Origin: Lingula anatina
Taxonomy: Eukaryota > Animalia > Brachiopoda
Reading direction: 5' to 3'
DNA length: 64,000 bases
Assembly: GCA_051362555.1 (NCBI GenBank)
Contig: CM120640.1
Span: 34,243,967-34,307,966 of the forward strand
The stretch's first letter is position 1. Every line of letters begins with the position of its first letter. The notes beneath the pieces were generated by a model. The model was not told the DNA's origin, made no database searches, and saw only the letters and a program-made list of their open reading frames with translations. Both the position numbers and the translations under genes were made by a program. Positions 47,863-59,930 of the stretch are shown piece by piece.

Positions 47863-50800
47863 ACACACTCACACTCATCTTTGAGGGGGATATTGTATTC
47901 AGACGAAAAGTGGGTTTGCAATTATGTATGAATACTTCAATTGTTATACATTTGATAATTATTAAATCCATTTTATTCAACAGATTTTATCTTTAAAGAT
48001 TGAACTTTATATGATATTATATTCATGTGCTATTTGAATTTTATATGATATATATATTCATGTACTATTTGTATTTACTTATGATTAAGCATATTAGAAT
48101 TCTCATGGAGTATGATGGAGCTGAATATCTTTGTCTTCAGGTTGTGTTATATATTTTGCATCTGTGGGCAGAGGAATTCTGATTTTTGAAATTTTAAATG
48201 TGATATTGATAATATCAAAGTTTTTTTTGCTAATTTTAACAGGTACAGTAGACTTAACATATCTATCACCTTTTAATTTTAAGAAATCATTGTTAAGCAA
48301 AAACTTTCTTTAGCATTAGCTGCACAATGCTTCAGTAGTACCTTTGCATAACTGCAACAAATTTTGCTGACTGTATTGTTTTTCTTTATATTTAGATGTC
48401 CATCTTCACGGATGCCTCTGTAGTAAATCTTTGTGAGCCTTCAGACTGTCACTCCATAAGCCCAGTGAGTAATGTGGCTTACTCCTTACATGCTGCTGGA
48501 GCTTGGCTCACCACTGAAGGGGAGGCTTTATTTGCCCTGGCCACAAGCACAGGAAGCATTCTGTTTATCAAGCTACCACCAAAGGGAATTCAAGGTAAAT
48601 TGATCAGAAGTTGAAGTGTTTCCTTAGGCTTAGATAAGAGACTTGTAAGTCAAAGAGGAAAAAGGTAAAAAGTGTAGAAATGTTTTGAATGCAATTGTGC
48701 ATGACAGAATGATTATTTTTGTACTGTTTGTCTTATAATTGTTCAGATATTGAAAAAAAGATCAATATTTATTTGCAGGTGAAAATTTTGTAGAGTTTTT
48801 TGGGATTTTGAAATGCTATATAGATATATGTATAAACTATTGCAGTCACAGTAACCAATTCTCTCTGATATTTATCTGTTTTATGTATGCATTTTGTGTA
48901 ATATATATGTACATATTTCAATGTTGCAGCACTTAATATTTTGACTGTTGTTTTCAGGGAATTTGAAATGCTTGTTTTATTTTGATTGTTTTTTATTAAG
49001 CATGAACAAAATTTATAAATGATGTGAACAAGAACTAATTGAAATGACTGGCATTAAATTTTAAGAATTATCAGTATACAAAAATGAATATTAAAAAGCC
49101 TTGAATTTATTACATTTCTTATTTTGTTCATTATTTATATGCTATTATAGAAACTGTTGTAGTTACAGTAACTTTTTCTCTGATATTAACCTGGCTAAGA
49201 GATATTTTAAGCTGAACATTTAATAATATAATTTTGTATTTTGTATAATATATGTATATATAACAATGTTGCAGCATTTAATATTTTGACTGTGTCATAG
49301 CAGGTTCTCCCATGGGGAGTTTTCAGCGAATTTGAAATGCTTGTTTAATTGTGATTATCTTTAATTGTGTATGAACAAAATTCATGAATGATGTGAACAA
49401 GAAATAATTGAAATAACTGGCATTAAATTCAAGAATTATCACTATGCAAAAATGAATATTAAAAAAGTCATGAATTAATTACATTTCTTATTATTATTTC
49501 TTATTTTATATATATATACAATATTTGTATTTTGTATAATATATATGCATATATAACCATGCTGCAGCATTTAATATTTGTCATACTTGTTAATATTTTC
49601 CTCCAAACTCCTGTATTGTAGGTATAGTGACACAGCATGAACTGAAACATGCCAGTATGATGCAGAGGCTATGGACAGGACTAGTACCAGCTATGATCAG
49701 GTAGGACATAAAACTCATCAAATTCTTGACTAAGCCCTATTTTTAAAGACTGTAATATCCAGATTGTTTATTACCTGATATATTTGGATGTTTCTTTGCA
49801 TTTATGGATCTAGAGCATTGATCAAATTTGATAGTGTCTGCTGCCTAGGGAGAGGCACTTTTTTTGTAAGTAAACTGTTAGGCACCCATGAGAAACAGTC
49901 TTGGAATTTTTATAAGTATTATAAGTAATGTAAAACTTTGAAAATTTTTTTTTCTTTTATCTATGTATATATAATAAGTAAGCATATCAGATGATATACT
50001 TGCAGTTTGTTTAAATTTTTAATTATCTTGAGTAGGGGTGGTCCATCTGAAGCCGACATGGCAGAAAGTGTTTGTCTTCACTCTTTGGGTCAGGATGTGT
50101 TCATTTTTGCTATCTGTAGAGACCACAAACTCAGAATGTGGTCCTGTAAGGTATTATTTTAGCTTAAAAAACATTTATATTTTGATAATTTTTCTTGTCT
50201 TTTAATAAGATCTTTGATAGCATTTATACCAAACGCATTCTTTAAAACATAATTTATAAAGACTTCAAGTTCATAATATGATTTTGTTATTTGAAGAACT
50301 TTAGAAACATCTTTTTTACCATAAATGACTGTTCATGTATGGAAAGTTGTCTATGAATTCCTTCTGTCAGCTGTAGAATATCAGCAATGTTCTGAGCATC
50401 AAAACTTATTGCCAGTTGTAAGTTTGGGAACATGTACTTGCATGGTACAAGTTTGAATTCATATTTTCCAGAATCAAGAATGTGTGCTGGTCAGTGACAT
50501 GCTAGACTTTATTCCAGATAAACTTGACCCTCTGAAAGGAACAATTGGAGGTAGGAATCCTATATAGAGAAGTATATGTTTGTCTATCTTTATGGAAAAT
50601 GCTTTGATTTTTGTATGATTCAGATCAATATTTTAAAATGTATATCAGAAACTTATTGAGTAAAATTGTACTCTATTAGTCTATGTTAGTCAATCAAAAA
50701 TTGATTTGGAAAAGCTTTGCAAATTATTGAAAAGTTCATATATTTGTTGTTGTTGTTGCTTTTCAGCTCGAGGCCATGTTATTAGAAAATCAGTGGAGGG

Positions 50801-51006
50801 CAACATGCTGCACCTAGGAGTTTTCTTGAACTTTTCTGACAGAAACCAGGTGACTTATAAAAAATTGTACTGCAGTGAATTTGAAACAAACAAATAAAAC
50901 AATACTGTTTTGATATTTTTGTTTATTTATAATTATTGCATGACAGCTTAATGGTGATTTTGATTATAATGCAAAAAATTTTATTTTATTTTATTTATTT
51001 ATTATT

Positions 51007-51037
<31 letters not shown>

Positions 51038-52461
51038 TTTTTTTTTTTGCAGTTTTGCATATTTCAACCAGTATTAGCAGATGGTCGATACCAGCTGAAC
51101 TTGATTACCACTGTCTTTGCCCCAAATGTAAGTAGAAAGTCAACCTAAGGTTATTAATCAGTCTATTTTTCCTCAGTGGAACCGTGCACATGAGTATATT
51201 AATATTTTTGTATGTCTGCACATTCATGCAAGTAGTTCACCAAGTTGCCAACTGAATTTAGTCTTTTGTGGCTTCATTGAATTATAAAGAATGAAAGGGT
51301 GATTTAGACTGACAAATTATTGTTTTAATCCTGAATGTTTCCTGTTCCATAGCTGTAAGATAACAGTTTAGTAGACATGAGATTTTACATTGAGTGAACA
51401 AGTTACTGGCATCTCAATTTTAACTGACTATCTTTGTGATCATCTTAGGAGGACCTTGTAGAGTTCAGTCTGACCAATACTCACCTGTGGTCACTGTGGA
51501 CCACATCAGAGAGTGAAACAGTGGTCAGATATGCAGCTTTAGACAAGTAAGTATAGTGTTAGTACATCAGTCTTCAGTTTGTGGAAAATTAATAATTGTT
51601 TTCGGAGAGACTAACTATAACATTCATGTGCAGTTATCATAACGGCATTGTCATAAGAGATGGACCTTTATTCAATTAGATTATGCTTTGTGCAACCCTT
51701 TTGCAGTCGGACAAATCAGCAGTCCATCTTTCCTTCAAATATAAAATTGCCAAAATTGTTTATATTTTGCACTTTTTGTCATGAGGCAGTGTTTCACATA
51801 AAAAATAAACCTTTTAATGATTTTTTTCCTTAAATGTTAACCATTGATTTTATTTTTAAAATCAACTTAATCATAAATAAATGATGACATTTATTTATGA
51901 GTAATATACATCTATTTTGTTCTCTTCATAGCAGTGATAATTTCTCCTATGACCCATGGAACATGGTTCACCTGCAGCAGCCAGAATCTCCTGAGGTCAT
52001 TGTGCCTCTGCACAGGGAACCCAGAGAGACATACATGGATTATATTTTCTATCCTGGGAGATTCACGGCTCAGACTATCAGCAAGGCACTTAATGTGAGT
52101 CTATTTTAAACAAAACACATCTGTTAATGGTCTATATTAATGACATATTAATTTGTACTATGGTCTGCTTGTGGTAGAATTTTCTTTATTCTTTTGAAAA
52201 TCAACTTAGTTGTAAGGACATATTTGAAAGTTCATTCTTTTCTCCATTTTTGATTTTTAAATGATTAATAAAAATATCAGGTCCAAAAGAATGCAAAGAT
52301 GCTTTTAGCATATTTGCTGTAAAATGTGATGAAATTTTTAAAGATAAAGGCTGAATGTTTTTCAGATATATCGCCGTTCCCTAGACAGTTTAATGGGGCA
52401 TGGTCTCCACATCTCCAGCCAAGTGTTGAGAGAGGAGGTCACAGCAGCAGTGGAGAACGAG
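45867..52461 (+). CDS. NUP160: Nuclear pore complex protein Nup160, first ~12 coding exons; continues beyond the right edge
   Basis: Exons 45867-45951, 46839-46950 (QDLKVPESAGGY..RNRFIYW), 47574-47781 (DTLELVELSLD..VHRLVFPHP), 48396-48594, 49622-49700, 50036-50150 (ICRDHKLRMWS), 50472-50550, 50767-50849, 51053-51127, 51449-51546 (HLWSLW), 51932-52094 (YIFYPGRFT..KAL), 52366-52461 (EEVTAAVENE); no further exon recognised in the window. Confidence 0.93.
48830..49590. repeat. Degenerate ~330-bp tandem duplication in a NUP160 intron
   Basis: aatgttgcagca..ttaatattttgactgt..gaatttgaaatgcttg..gatgtgaacaagaa..aaaatgaatattaaaaa repeated. Confidence 0.7.
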
Positions 52462-53109
52462 GTAGGTGGTTGTCTGGCTTAGTCAGGGATGTGACTTTTC
52501 TTGCTCTCTCAGTATTACCCTGGATATATATTTTCCAACTTTTTCACTAAATGACATTCACATCCCTGCTTAGTGAAAAAAAAAGTTGTAGTAATATGTT
52601 AATAATGGGAATTCTGAATGACCACAGGGTTCTTATTGGATAAGTGCTACAGAAACCATTTTGAACAGGCAATATTTTATTTGCTTGGTGAAATCACAAC
52701 TTCAGATATTTAAATTGGACCTCTTGAAGCATTTACACAAACCATAATACAAGAAGTGTTAAAACCCATAGCAACACTAAGAGATATTAAATAAGTAAAA
52801 TGAATGCTACATTAAAATCACAGGACTAATTTCAGCAAGATTGATCTCGGGTTTACATATCACCTGTATTGTTTAAGCTTAACTGATGAAGTAGAGAGTT
52901 GAAAAGCCTGACTTAAGAACTTGATAGTTAATACCAATTCTTAATTTAAATTACTAGTCACTGTTCCATAAGTTATAGTTGATAGTAAGGACAAATATGC
53001 AACCATAATTAGGAAATTCACTAGATGCAAATACAACAGCGTGCTATTTAGTTTTCATCTTGATGGGTTTAGTGCTAGTTTTCTTTTTGCAAAATATTCT
53101 ACAGCAGCA

Positions 53110-54657
53110 TCAACAACATAATATGCACGATGTCAGTAGGACAATAGACACAACAAGCAGAAAGGCAATGACATCCAGCAAGTAGTATTGATACCATGGC
53201 ATCAGTACCGTAGGAGAACGCAAGTAGGAGCCGCCATGTTTAAGGACATGTTCTATCCAATTGGTAGTGAGCTGTTGAGGTGTCCATGGCTGGTCCCGAT
53301 AAATTGCTGAAAGTTTTTTGGCTTTTTCAACGTAGGAAGAATTGTCAATCATAGTATTAATATTGAATACTAATTCTTCAGTGGTGAAATAGAGAATGTC
53401 CATAACTCTAGCTATTCCTCTTTGTTGTGCTCTATTGCTATTATAGTACTGGTCTCCGTTGAGAGGTAGTCCAATCACAGGTACGCCGTGATAAAAAGAT
53501 TCGAAGGCTCCCCCAAGACCAAAATGGCTAATGAAAAGTTTGGTGTTAGGGTGAGCCAAGAGATCATTTTGTGGAAGCCATGGTAAAAGTTTGACATTTG
53601 GCGTGATGGAGTCAGGTTTTGGTCCTGTATGTTTCCATATGACTCCATATTTTACTTTGCCAAAAGCTTCAACCATTTTCTTTATGACATAATCTGGAAG
53701 ATAACTTGCTATGGATCCAAAACTTACCACAATGACACCATTTTTATGATGTTTCATGAAAGATTGAAGATCTTTAGGCAGAGGTTTCCCAGGTTTTGCA
53801 CTCATTCCTCCAGCAAATATGGTGTTTGGCAACGTCAGTTGTGGAAAGTCTAATGCAGGGTGCCTTCCAGTCACTATAAACAATTCCGAGTCAGCTAATA
53901 TCTGATGAAAGTTTTTCTTCGGAATTCCCTTCAAAGAATCTGCATGAAAATCATATGGGATTGAGCAGGTTACCATATATATGTAATGCACATAGAGTAG
54001 AAAATTCATAGTCCTTTGCCAGAAGTTCATAGTATCTGAATAAGTAGATAAAAAATTGGGAACAATGGAAGGCAGAGATGGGGCTCCAGATTCAGTGGGT
54101 GGAAAAGCAACACCTGACACATATGGGATATTGTGTATAATGGGTAGTAGGTATGCTGTTGAAAAAGATATAAAAGCATTTTGTACAATTGCCATGTCAA
54201 TCTTAAGATCTTTTAACTTTTTGTTAAAGTCAGCGTCTTTCAACATGTCTGCAGTGTAGTTTTTGGTGAACACATCACGGAAATTATTGATTAATTGTGC
54301 AATTTTATAAGAAGGAAAGGTTCTGTCCGTTGGTCTATCAAAGTATGAAAATATTCCATTTTTCTGGAATTCTGCCGTTTCAAACACCAAAAATTCATCT
54401 GACCTTGTTATGAACGATAGAACTTGAATCCTCTTGTCAAGAAACCCGCTGGGTAAACTTGGTATCATTGGCTGTGGCATGACGATGTAGACTTCATGAC
54501 CTCTGTCTGCTAATCCAAGGAGAAGTGCCTGTGTGTCTATCATTTGGCTTTTAAACGGCATGCATATTCCCAAAAATCTTGCACTGTTGACTTGGTTGAT
54601 CAACGTCATGCAGCTTAGTATGGTTAAGCACACTGTACATATGTAGTAATTTTCCAT
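53110..54657 (-). CDS. UDP-glycosyltransferase (GT1 family) A, intronless, 515 aa, C-terminal tail cut by an in-frame TGA
   Basis: Signal peptide, RGHEV, VSFGS, signature WLPQNDLLAHPNTKLFISH..E..YHGVP..P..GDQ, PWYQYYLLDV plus transmembrane helix; ATG taken at 54657 (the track start at 54684 is TTG). Confidence 0.95.
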   Translation of the reverse strand: MENYYICTVCLTILSCMTLINQVNSARFLGICMPFKSQMIDTQALLLGLADRGHEVYIVMPQPMIPSLPSGFLDKRIQVLSFITRSDEFLVFETAEFQKNGIFSYFDRPTDRTFPSYKIAQLINNFRDVFTKNYTADMLKDADFNKKLKDLKIDMAIVQNAFISFSTAYLLPIIHNIPYVSGVAFPPTESGAPSLPSIVPNFLSTYSDTMNFWQRTMNFLLYVHYIYMVTCSIPYDFHADSLKGIPKKNFHQILADSELFIVTGRHPALDFPQLTLPNTIFAGGMSAKPGKPLPKDLQSFMKHHKNGVIVVSFGSIASYLPDYVIKKMVEAFGKVKYGVIWKHTGPKPDSITPNVKLLPWLPQNDLLAHPNTKLFISHFGLGGAFESFYHGVPVIGLPLNGDQYYNSNRAQQRGIARVMDILYFTTEELVFNINTMIDNSSYVEKAKKLSAIYRDQPWTPQQLTTNWIEHVLKHGGSYLRSPTVLMPWYQYYLLDVIAFLLVVSIVLLTSCILCC

Positions 54658-55179
54658 GTTGTGGTGCTGAGAAGATCTTTTCAAGCAAAGTTAACTTGTG
54701 TAGATAGTATATAATGGTGCTGATGTTTAAGCCTATAGATATCAGGGACTGGTTTGATTGGTCATGCCTGTTTTTTATGTCATTAAGTAGGACACTGATA
54801 TCATAGTATAAGGTTTACATTTGACCTAGAGAGCAATACTTTGAATTTGAATACATATTTTTTCTTTCTTTTTTTATAGTTTAAATGTGCAATAAGTGGT
54901 TCAGGTGCATAATAATGTAAATAATTTCAAGGTATTTTTTAAATCAGTTTATTCATTTTTACCTTTTAAACACAAAGTTGAATAATAAAATCTAGAGAGT
55001 TTTTATACAACTAAACTTTAAAACCAGAAAGCACTGCATACTACTGACTCTCTTACTGTTATCACATTGTTATACTTTCAAGTAGAAATGCTCCTCAATA
55101 TTTTTTGAAATCACAATTAAAAAGAAACTATTTAGCTGTTGTATTTACAACCTTATACACATGTAGTCAAGAAAACATG

Positions 55180-56790
55180 CTATTTGGTTTTAACTTTGTT
55201 GGGTTTAGTGTTAGTTTTCTTTCCACAACAAAGTCTACAACAGCATCTACAACATGATATACAAAGTGTCAATATGGCTGTAGACACAAGAAGCAGAAAG
55301 GCAATAACATCAAGCAAGTAGTATTGATACCATGGCATCAGTACCGTAGGAGAATGCAAGTAGGAGCCGCCATGTTTAAGGATATGTTCTATCCAATTGG
55401 TAGTGAGCTGTTGAGGTGTCCATGGCTGGTCTCGATATATTGCTGAAAGTTTTTTGGCTTTGTCAACGTAGGAAGAATTGTCAATCATAGCGTTAATATT
55501 GCCTACTAATTCTTCTGTGGTGAAATATAGAATGTCCATGACTTTAGCTATTCCTCTGTGCTGTGCTCTATTGCTATTATAGAACTGATCTCCATTGAGA
55601 GGTAGTCCAATCACAGGTACGCCGTGATAAAAAGATTCAAAGGCTCCTCCAAGACCAAAATGGCTGATGAAAAGTTTGGTGTTAGGGTGAGCCAAGAGAT
55701 CATTTTGTGGAAGCCATGGTAAAAGTTTGACATTTGGCGTGATTGATTCGGGTTTTGGTCCTGTGTATTTCCATATAACCCCATATTTTACTTTGCCAAA
55801 AGCTTCAACCATTTTCTTTACGACATAATCTGGAAGGTAACTGGCAATGGATCCAAAACTTACTATAATGACACCATTTTTATGATGTTCCATGAAAGTC
55901 TGAAGATCTTTAGGCAGAGGTTTCCCAGGTTTTGCACTCATTCCTCCAACAAATATGGTGTTTGGCAACGTCAGTTGTGGAAAGTCTAATGCAGGGTGTT
56001 TTCCAGTAACTATAAACGATTCCGAGTCGGCTATTATCTGGTGATAACTTTTCTTTGGAATTCCTTCCAAAGAATCTACATGGAAATCATAAGGAATAGT
56101 ATGTGATGAAATATGAATATATGGCAGGTAGAGTAAAAAATTCACAGTCCGTTGCCAGAAGTTCATATTATCTGAATAGGTTGATAAAGGATTTGGAAAA
56201 ATGGAAGGCAGTTGCTGGGCCCCAGATTCTCTCAATGCCATACCAGAGCCTGTTATATATGGGATATTGTGTTTGATCGGAAGAAGGTATGCTGTCGGAA
56301 AAAATAAAAATGCATTCTGTATGATAGCCATGTCAATCTTCAGCTCTTTCAATTTCTTGTTGAGGTCAACATCTTTTAGCATGTCCGCTGTGAAGTCTGT
56401 GGTAAAATAATTTGTGTACTGATGAAATATTTGCATAGTTTTATAAGGAAAAGTTCTGTCCATTGGTCTATCAAAGTATGAAAATATTCCATTTTTCTGG
56501 AATTCTGCTGTTTCAAACACCATAAAGTCATCTGACCTTGTTTTGAACGATAGTACTTGAATCCTCTTGTCAAAAAACCCACTGGGTAAAGTTGGAATAG
56601 TTGGCTGTGGCATGACGATGTAGACTTCATGACCTCTGTCTGCTAATCCAAGGAGAAGTGCCTGCGTCTCTATTAATTGACTTTTGAAAGGCATGCACAT
56701 TCCCAAAAATCTTGCACTGTTCACTTGGTTTATCACAGGGATACAGCATAGTATGGCTAAACACACTGCTGAAATGTAGGTCTTGGCCAT
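55180..56790 (-). CDS. UDP-glycosyltransferase B, intronless, 536 aa, recent paralog of A
   Basis: Same motifs as A; Cys-rich juxtamembrane tail ending KVKTK (di-lysine ER-retrieval type); own TATA-like box (~56857) and AATAAA (~54948). Confidence 0.97.
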   Translation of the reverse strand: MAKTYISAVCLAILCCIPVINQVNSARFLGMCMPFKSQLIETQALLLGLADRGHEVYIVMPQPTIPTLPSGFFDKRIQVLSFKTRSDDFMVFETAEFQKNGIFSYFDRPMDRTFPYKTMQIFHQYTNYFTTDFTADMLKDVDLNKKLKELKIDMAIIQNAFLFFPTAYLLPIKHNIPYITGSGMALRESGAQQLPSIFPNPLSTYSDNMNFWQRTVNFLLYLPYIHISSHTIPYDFHVDSLEGIPKKSYHQIIADSESFIVTGKHPALDFPQLTLPNTIFVGGMSAKPGKPLPKDLQTFMEHHKNGVIIVSFGSIASYLPDYVVKKMVEAFGKVKYGVIWKYTGPKPESITPNVKLLPWLPQNDLLAHPNTKLFISHFGLGGAFESFYHGVPVIGLPLNGDQFYNSNRAQHRGIAKVMDILYFTTEELVGNINAMIDNSSYVDKAKKLSAIYRDQPWTPQQLTTNWIEHILKHGGSYLHSPTVLMPWYQYYLLDVIAFLLLVSTAILTLCISCCRCCCRLCCGKKTNTKPNKVKTK

Positions 56791-57690
56791 TTTGTGGGCT
56801 TGATATGAAGACTGTTTAAAGCAGAGCTCACTTTTACCTGTATGTTATTCTGATGCTATATATATAATGCTGACCCAGTGTTTGTCTTCATTCAAGTGCT
56901 CATGTGTTGATTTGATTGGTCCCTCAGAGGTCAGAAGGTCATTATTTAGGACACTGGTCATGCTAAAGGGTTATCATGTTACTTGTGAAAACAAGGCTTT
57001 GAACAGTTTGGTGACACTTTATTCTACAGAAACATGCAAGCCACTCTGAAGGAATTCCGATCATTATTATTTTCTTTGTAAGAATGATTTTTCTTAAAAT
57101 TGATATTATGCTGTATTTGTTCACTCTTGGATTTATTCTATTTCTTTTTTAATATTGTGAAAATAGTGATATTTCCTATCTGGTGCAGAAATTAATTGTT
57201 TGTTCTTCTTTTTAAGTCATCAAATTGTACTCTTTCAGTGTTGTTTACTTAGTAAACATCTTGATCTAGATCTGTGTTTTACTTTACAATGATGTCAGTA
57301 TGTCCCTCCTTAATTTTAAGAGATCTTTATTTAATTTTCATTTTTTGTTTCATTATACATCAGTTTTTTAATAAAATGAGTTCTGTATTAACTATAACCA
57401 TGTCTGAAGTGCAATCAGTCACAGTACTTCTGGTGATGCTATTCATTATATGTATTAAAATTCAGCTTCTGTTGGCACAGTGTGTGAAAGCAATGGTAAA
57501 TCCTTGTTCATGGTTGCAGAGGGTTACGCTATATTGAAGTGTCTATATATAGATAATATTACTACCAGGTTTAGTCCAACAAAACTAGAGCAATTTTACA
57601 AAAGTCCAGAGGAAGTTATTGTCAAGATTTATTCCTGTTCAATGAAAATATTTGGAAATGATGTCTTATGCTAGTTGTGGGTATTATTGT

Positions 57691-57939
57691 CAGGGGCAGA
57701 TCCAGGATTATTTGACCTTATGCGAAGCCAACCTCCCCATCCCCCCCTCCTCCTTGACATGGGATTCAGCCTAAAGATTTTTGGTATTTTAGAGGGCGAA
57801 TGGTACCAATTTTTACAGTTTAAAATTCTGACTCAGCTAGTCAAAACTCTAATTTTAAGAGGGGACCATTGGTGTGATTTTTATTCAGAAATTGAAGGGG
57901 GGGTCAGGACCCCCCTGACACCCCCCAAATCTGCCACTG
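57691..57939. mobile_element. MITE, copy 2 (same family as 18471-18768)
   Basis: CAGGGGCAGATCCAGG..CCAAATCTGCCACTG termini and shared internal sequence. Confidence 0.8.
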
Positions 57940-58292
57940 ATTGTCATTATCACAAATAATGAGATTATTATAACTACTATGAAACTTACCTATATGACAA
58001 TTGACGAAAAAAGGAGATGTTTCCATTCTCTTTTATTGAGCAAATTTGTACTTATATTCACAACATTTATCAGCAGATTACCATCAGTAAATTGATGGTT
58101 TATTTGTAAACCCTTTCAGAATATACCTATAAAAAAGCATATAATAAAGCAAACAAATCTCAACAACAACAAAAAAAGTGATAGGGTTCTTGTTTTTTTT
58201 TTCATGTAATAATACCATTTTCGAAACAAAAACAAGACTATTCAGCAGTATACAAAAATATCAGGTACTTCTGAATCATTTTTTACTCCATT

Positions 58293-59930
58293 TTAATTAT
58301 TTTTCTTGTCAGGTGACAACGGCATGTACAGAGTCCTTCTTGCACAATATTTATAATAGTAATAAAATACAAAATTTGATATAACAAAGCACACAATGAA
58401 AGCCACCGCAAAAAGAAATCCTATGACATCCAACATGAAGTACTGATACCAAGGGAGATATTCGGCAACAGAGTGTAAGTGGGAGCTACCAAATTTTGTG
58501 ACGTGTTCGATCCAGTAGGCTGCAGTCTGCTGGGGCGTTAAAGGAAAATCGCGAAAAATAGCAGATGCTGTTTTGATAGCTGCTCTGTAACTGTCATTGG
58601 ACATCATTTCGTCAATGTTATCAATGAGCTCTTCAGGTGTAAAAGTTGCAATGTCCATTGTAAGACCAAAACCTTTGCTTTGGACTCTCTCAGCATTATG
58701 GATCTCGTCTCCGTACACTGGGAAGTTGATCATTGGAATTCCATGATACATACACTCATATTGACCTTCATTCCCTCCGTGCCCTATAAACAGTTTTGTA
58801 TTCCAGTGACCGAGTAGATCATTCTGAGGGATCCATTCCTCCAGGCGAATATCATTGGGCACATCTCGTAATGGCAAATCGCCTTTGTATTTCCACACCA
58901 CCCTGTAGGGTATCCCGCGAAAGGCCATGTAGAATTTCTTGTAGATTTCATTGGTCAGTTGGAAGGATATTGACCCAAAGGAGACTATGATGACCCCATA
59001 GGGGGCCTGGTTCATGAAGTTGTCCCAGTCGTCTGGGAGGGCTTTAGCGGGACGAGTGTCCATACCCCCCATGAAGACAACATTGGGCAAACTGGGTAGA
59101 GGGTCCTCCATGACAAAGTTATTACCTGTCAGTAGCCAAAGTTCCGATCCGCGCAGAAACTCCTTGAAAGTTCTCGGGTGTTTGTTGCGCACATGCTCCT
59201 CGCAAAATTTTTTGGGAATATCAGGCAACACGATAGCAGGCAAGATAGTCTGCAGGCAAAAGTTGAAAACTCTTTCGAAAAAATTCATTTTACTGGACCA
59301 TTTGAAGCCCTGATTTGGCACATAGGATGGCATAATGCTCACTGGGACGCCTGCGTAGAGATGGAGCTGTGTAGTTGTCAGGGTGACATAGGGAATCCCA
59401 TGCCTGTATGGAAATACATAAGCGCTAGGCCAGAAAGGATAACCATACATGAGCATGAGATCCAGTGTCAGAACGTCCTCCAGATGGCGATACAATTCCT
59501 CATCCTTCAGCATATCCTCAGTGTAGTTAAACAAGTGTTCTGTTAAGTTGGAAAAAGTGTTGACCATGTCGAAGATTCCAGTTTGTTTAACCCCGGGCGA
59601 TTGAGACAAGACACTGAGCGTGTGCCCCCTCTGCCAGTCTGCTGCCTCGAAATACCCATGTGTTTCTCTAGATTTAAACTGCAGCAGATTGATTTCTGGA
59701 TCATGAAGATCTTCTATTTCTACATTGTCTCCTACAATGATGTAGACCTCGTTGCCTCTGGCTTTCAGCTCTTTCAGCAAGTTTTGAGCCTTCACAAATT
59801 GTCCTTTTGCAGGGTAGATTATAGCCCCAATGGTGTGTCCGTCTGTGAACTGGGGCAGTATCAAAATAAGGGTCGCTATCACAGAGAGCATTTTCACTAT
59901 TATGCGGTGGATTCTCACATGTATCTCCAT
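58293..59930 (-). CDS. UDP-glycosyltransferase C, intronless CDS, 545 aa (or 532 aa from the second Met), divergent paralog
   Basis: WIPQNDLLGHWNTKLFIGHGG..E..YHGIP..P..GDE, PWYQYFMLDV, transmembrane helix, KKNN tail; probable 5'UTR intron (donor GAAG|gtaagc ~60173, acceptors ~59947 and ~60000). Confidence 0.97.
   Translation of the reverse strand: MEIHVRIHRIIVKMLSVIATLILILPQFTDGHTIGAIIYPAKGQFVKAQNLLKELKARGNEVYIIVGDNVEIEDLHDPEINLLQFKSRETHGYFEAADWQRGHTLSVLSQSPGVKQTGIFDMVNTFSNLTEHLFNYTEDMLKDEELYRHLEDVLTLDLMLMYGYPFWPSAYVFPYRHGIPYVTLTTTQLHLYAGVPVSIMPSYVPNQGFKWSSKMNFFERVFNFCLQTILPAIVLPDIPKKFCEEHVRNKHPRTFKEFLRGSELWLLTGNNFVMEDPLPSLPNVVFMGGMDTRPAKALPDDWDNFMNQAPYGVIIVSFGSISFQLTNEIYKKFYMAFRGIPYRVVWKYKGDLPLRDVPNDIRLEEWIPQNDLLGHWNTKLFIGHGGNEGQYECMYHGIPMINFPVYGDEIHNAERVQSKGFGLTMDIATFTPEELIDNIDEMMSNDSYRAAIKTASAIFRDFPLTPQQTAAYWIEHVTKFGSSHLHSVAEYLPWYQYFMLDVIGFLFAVAFIVCFVISNFVFYYYYKYCARRTLYMPLSPDKKNN

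Noticed and set aside
52880-52912. Hammerhead ribozyme core (CTGATGA..GAAA)
   Set aside because: No convincing stem II and no flanking stems I/III; the same applies to CTGATGA at ~578, ~638 and ~41511
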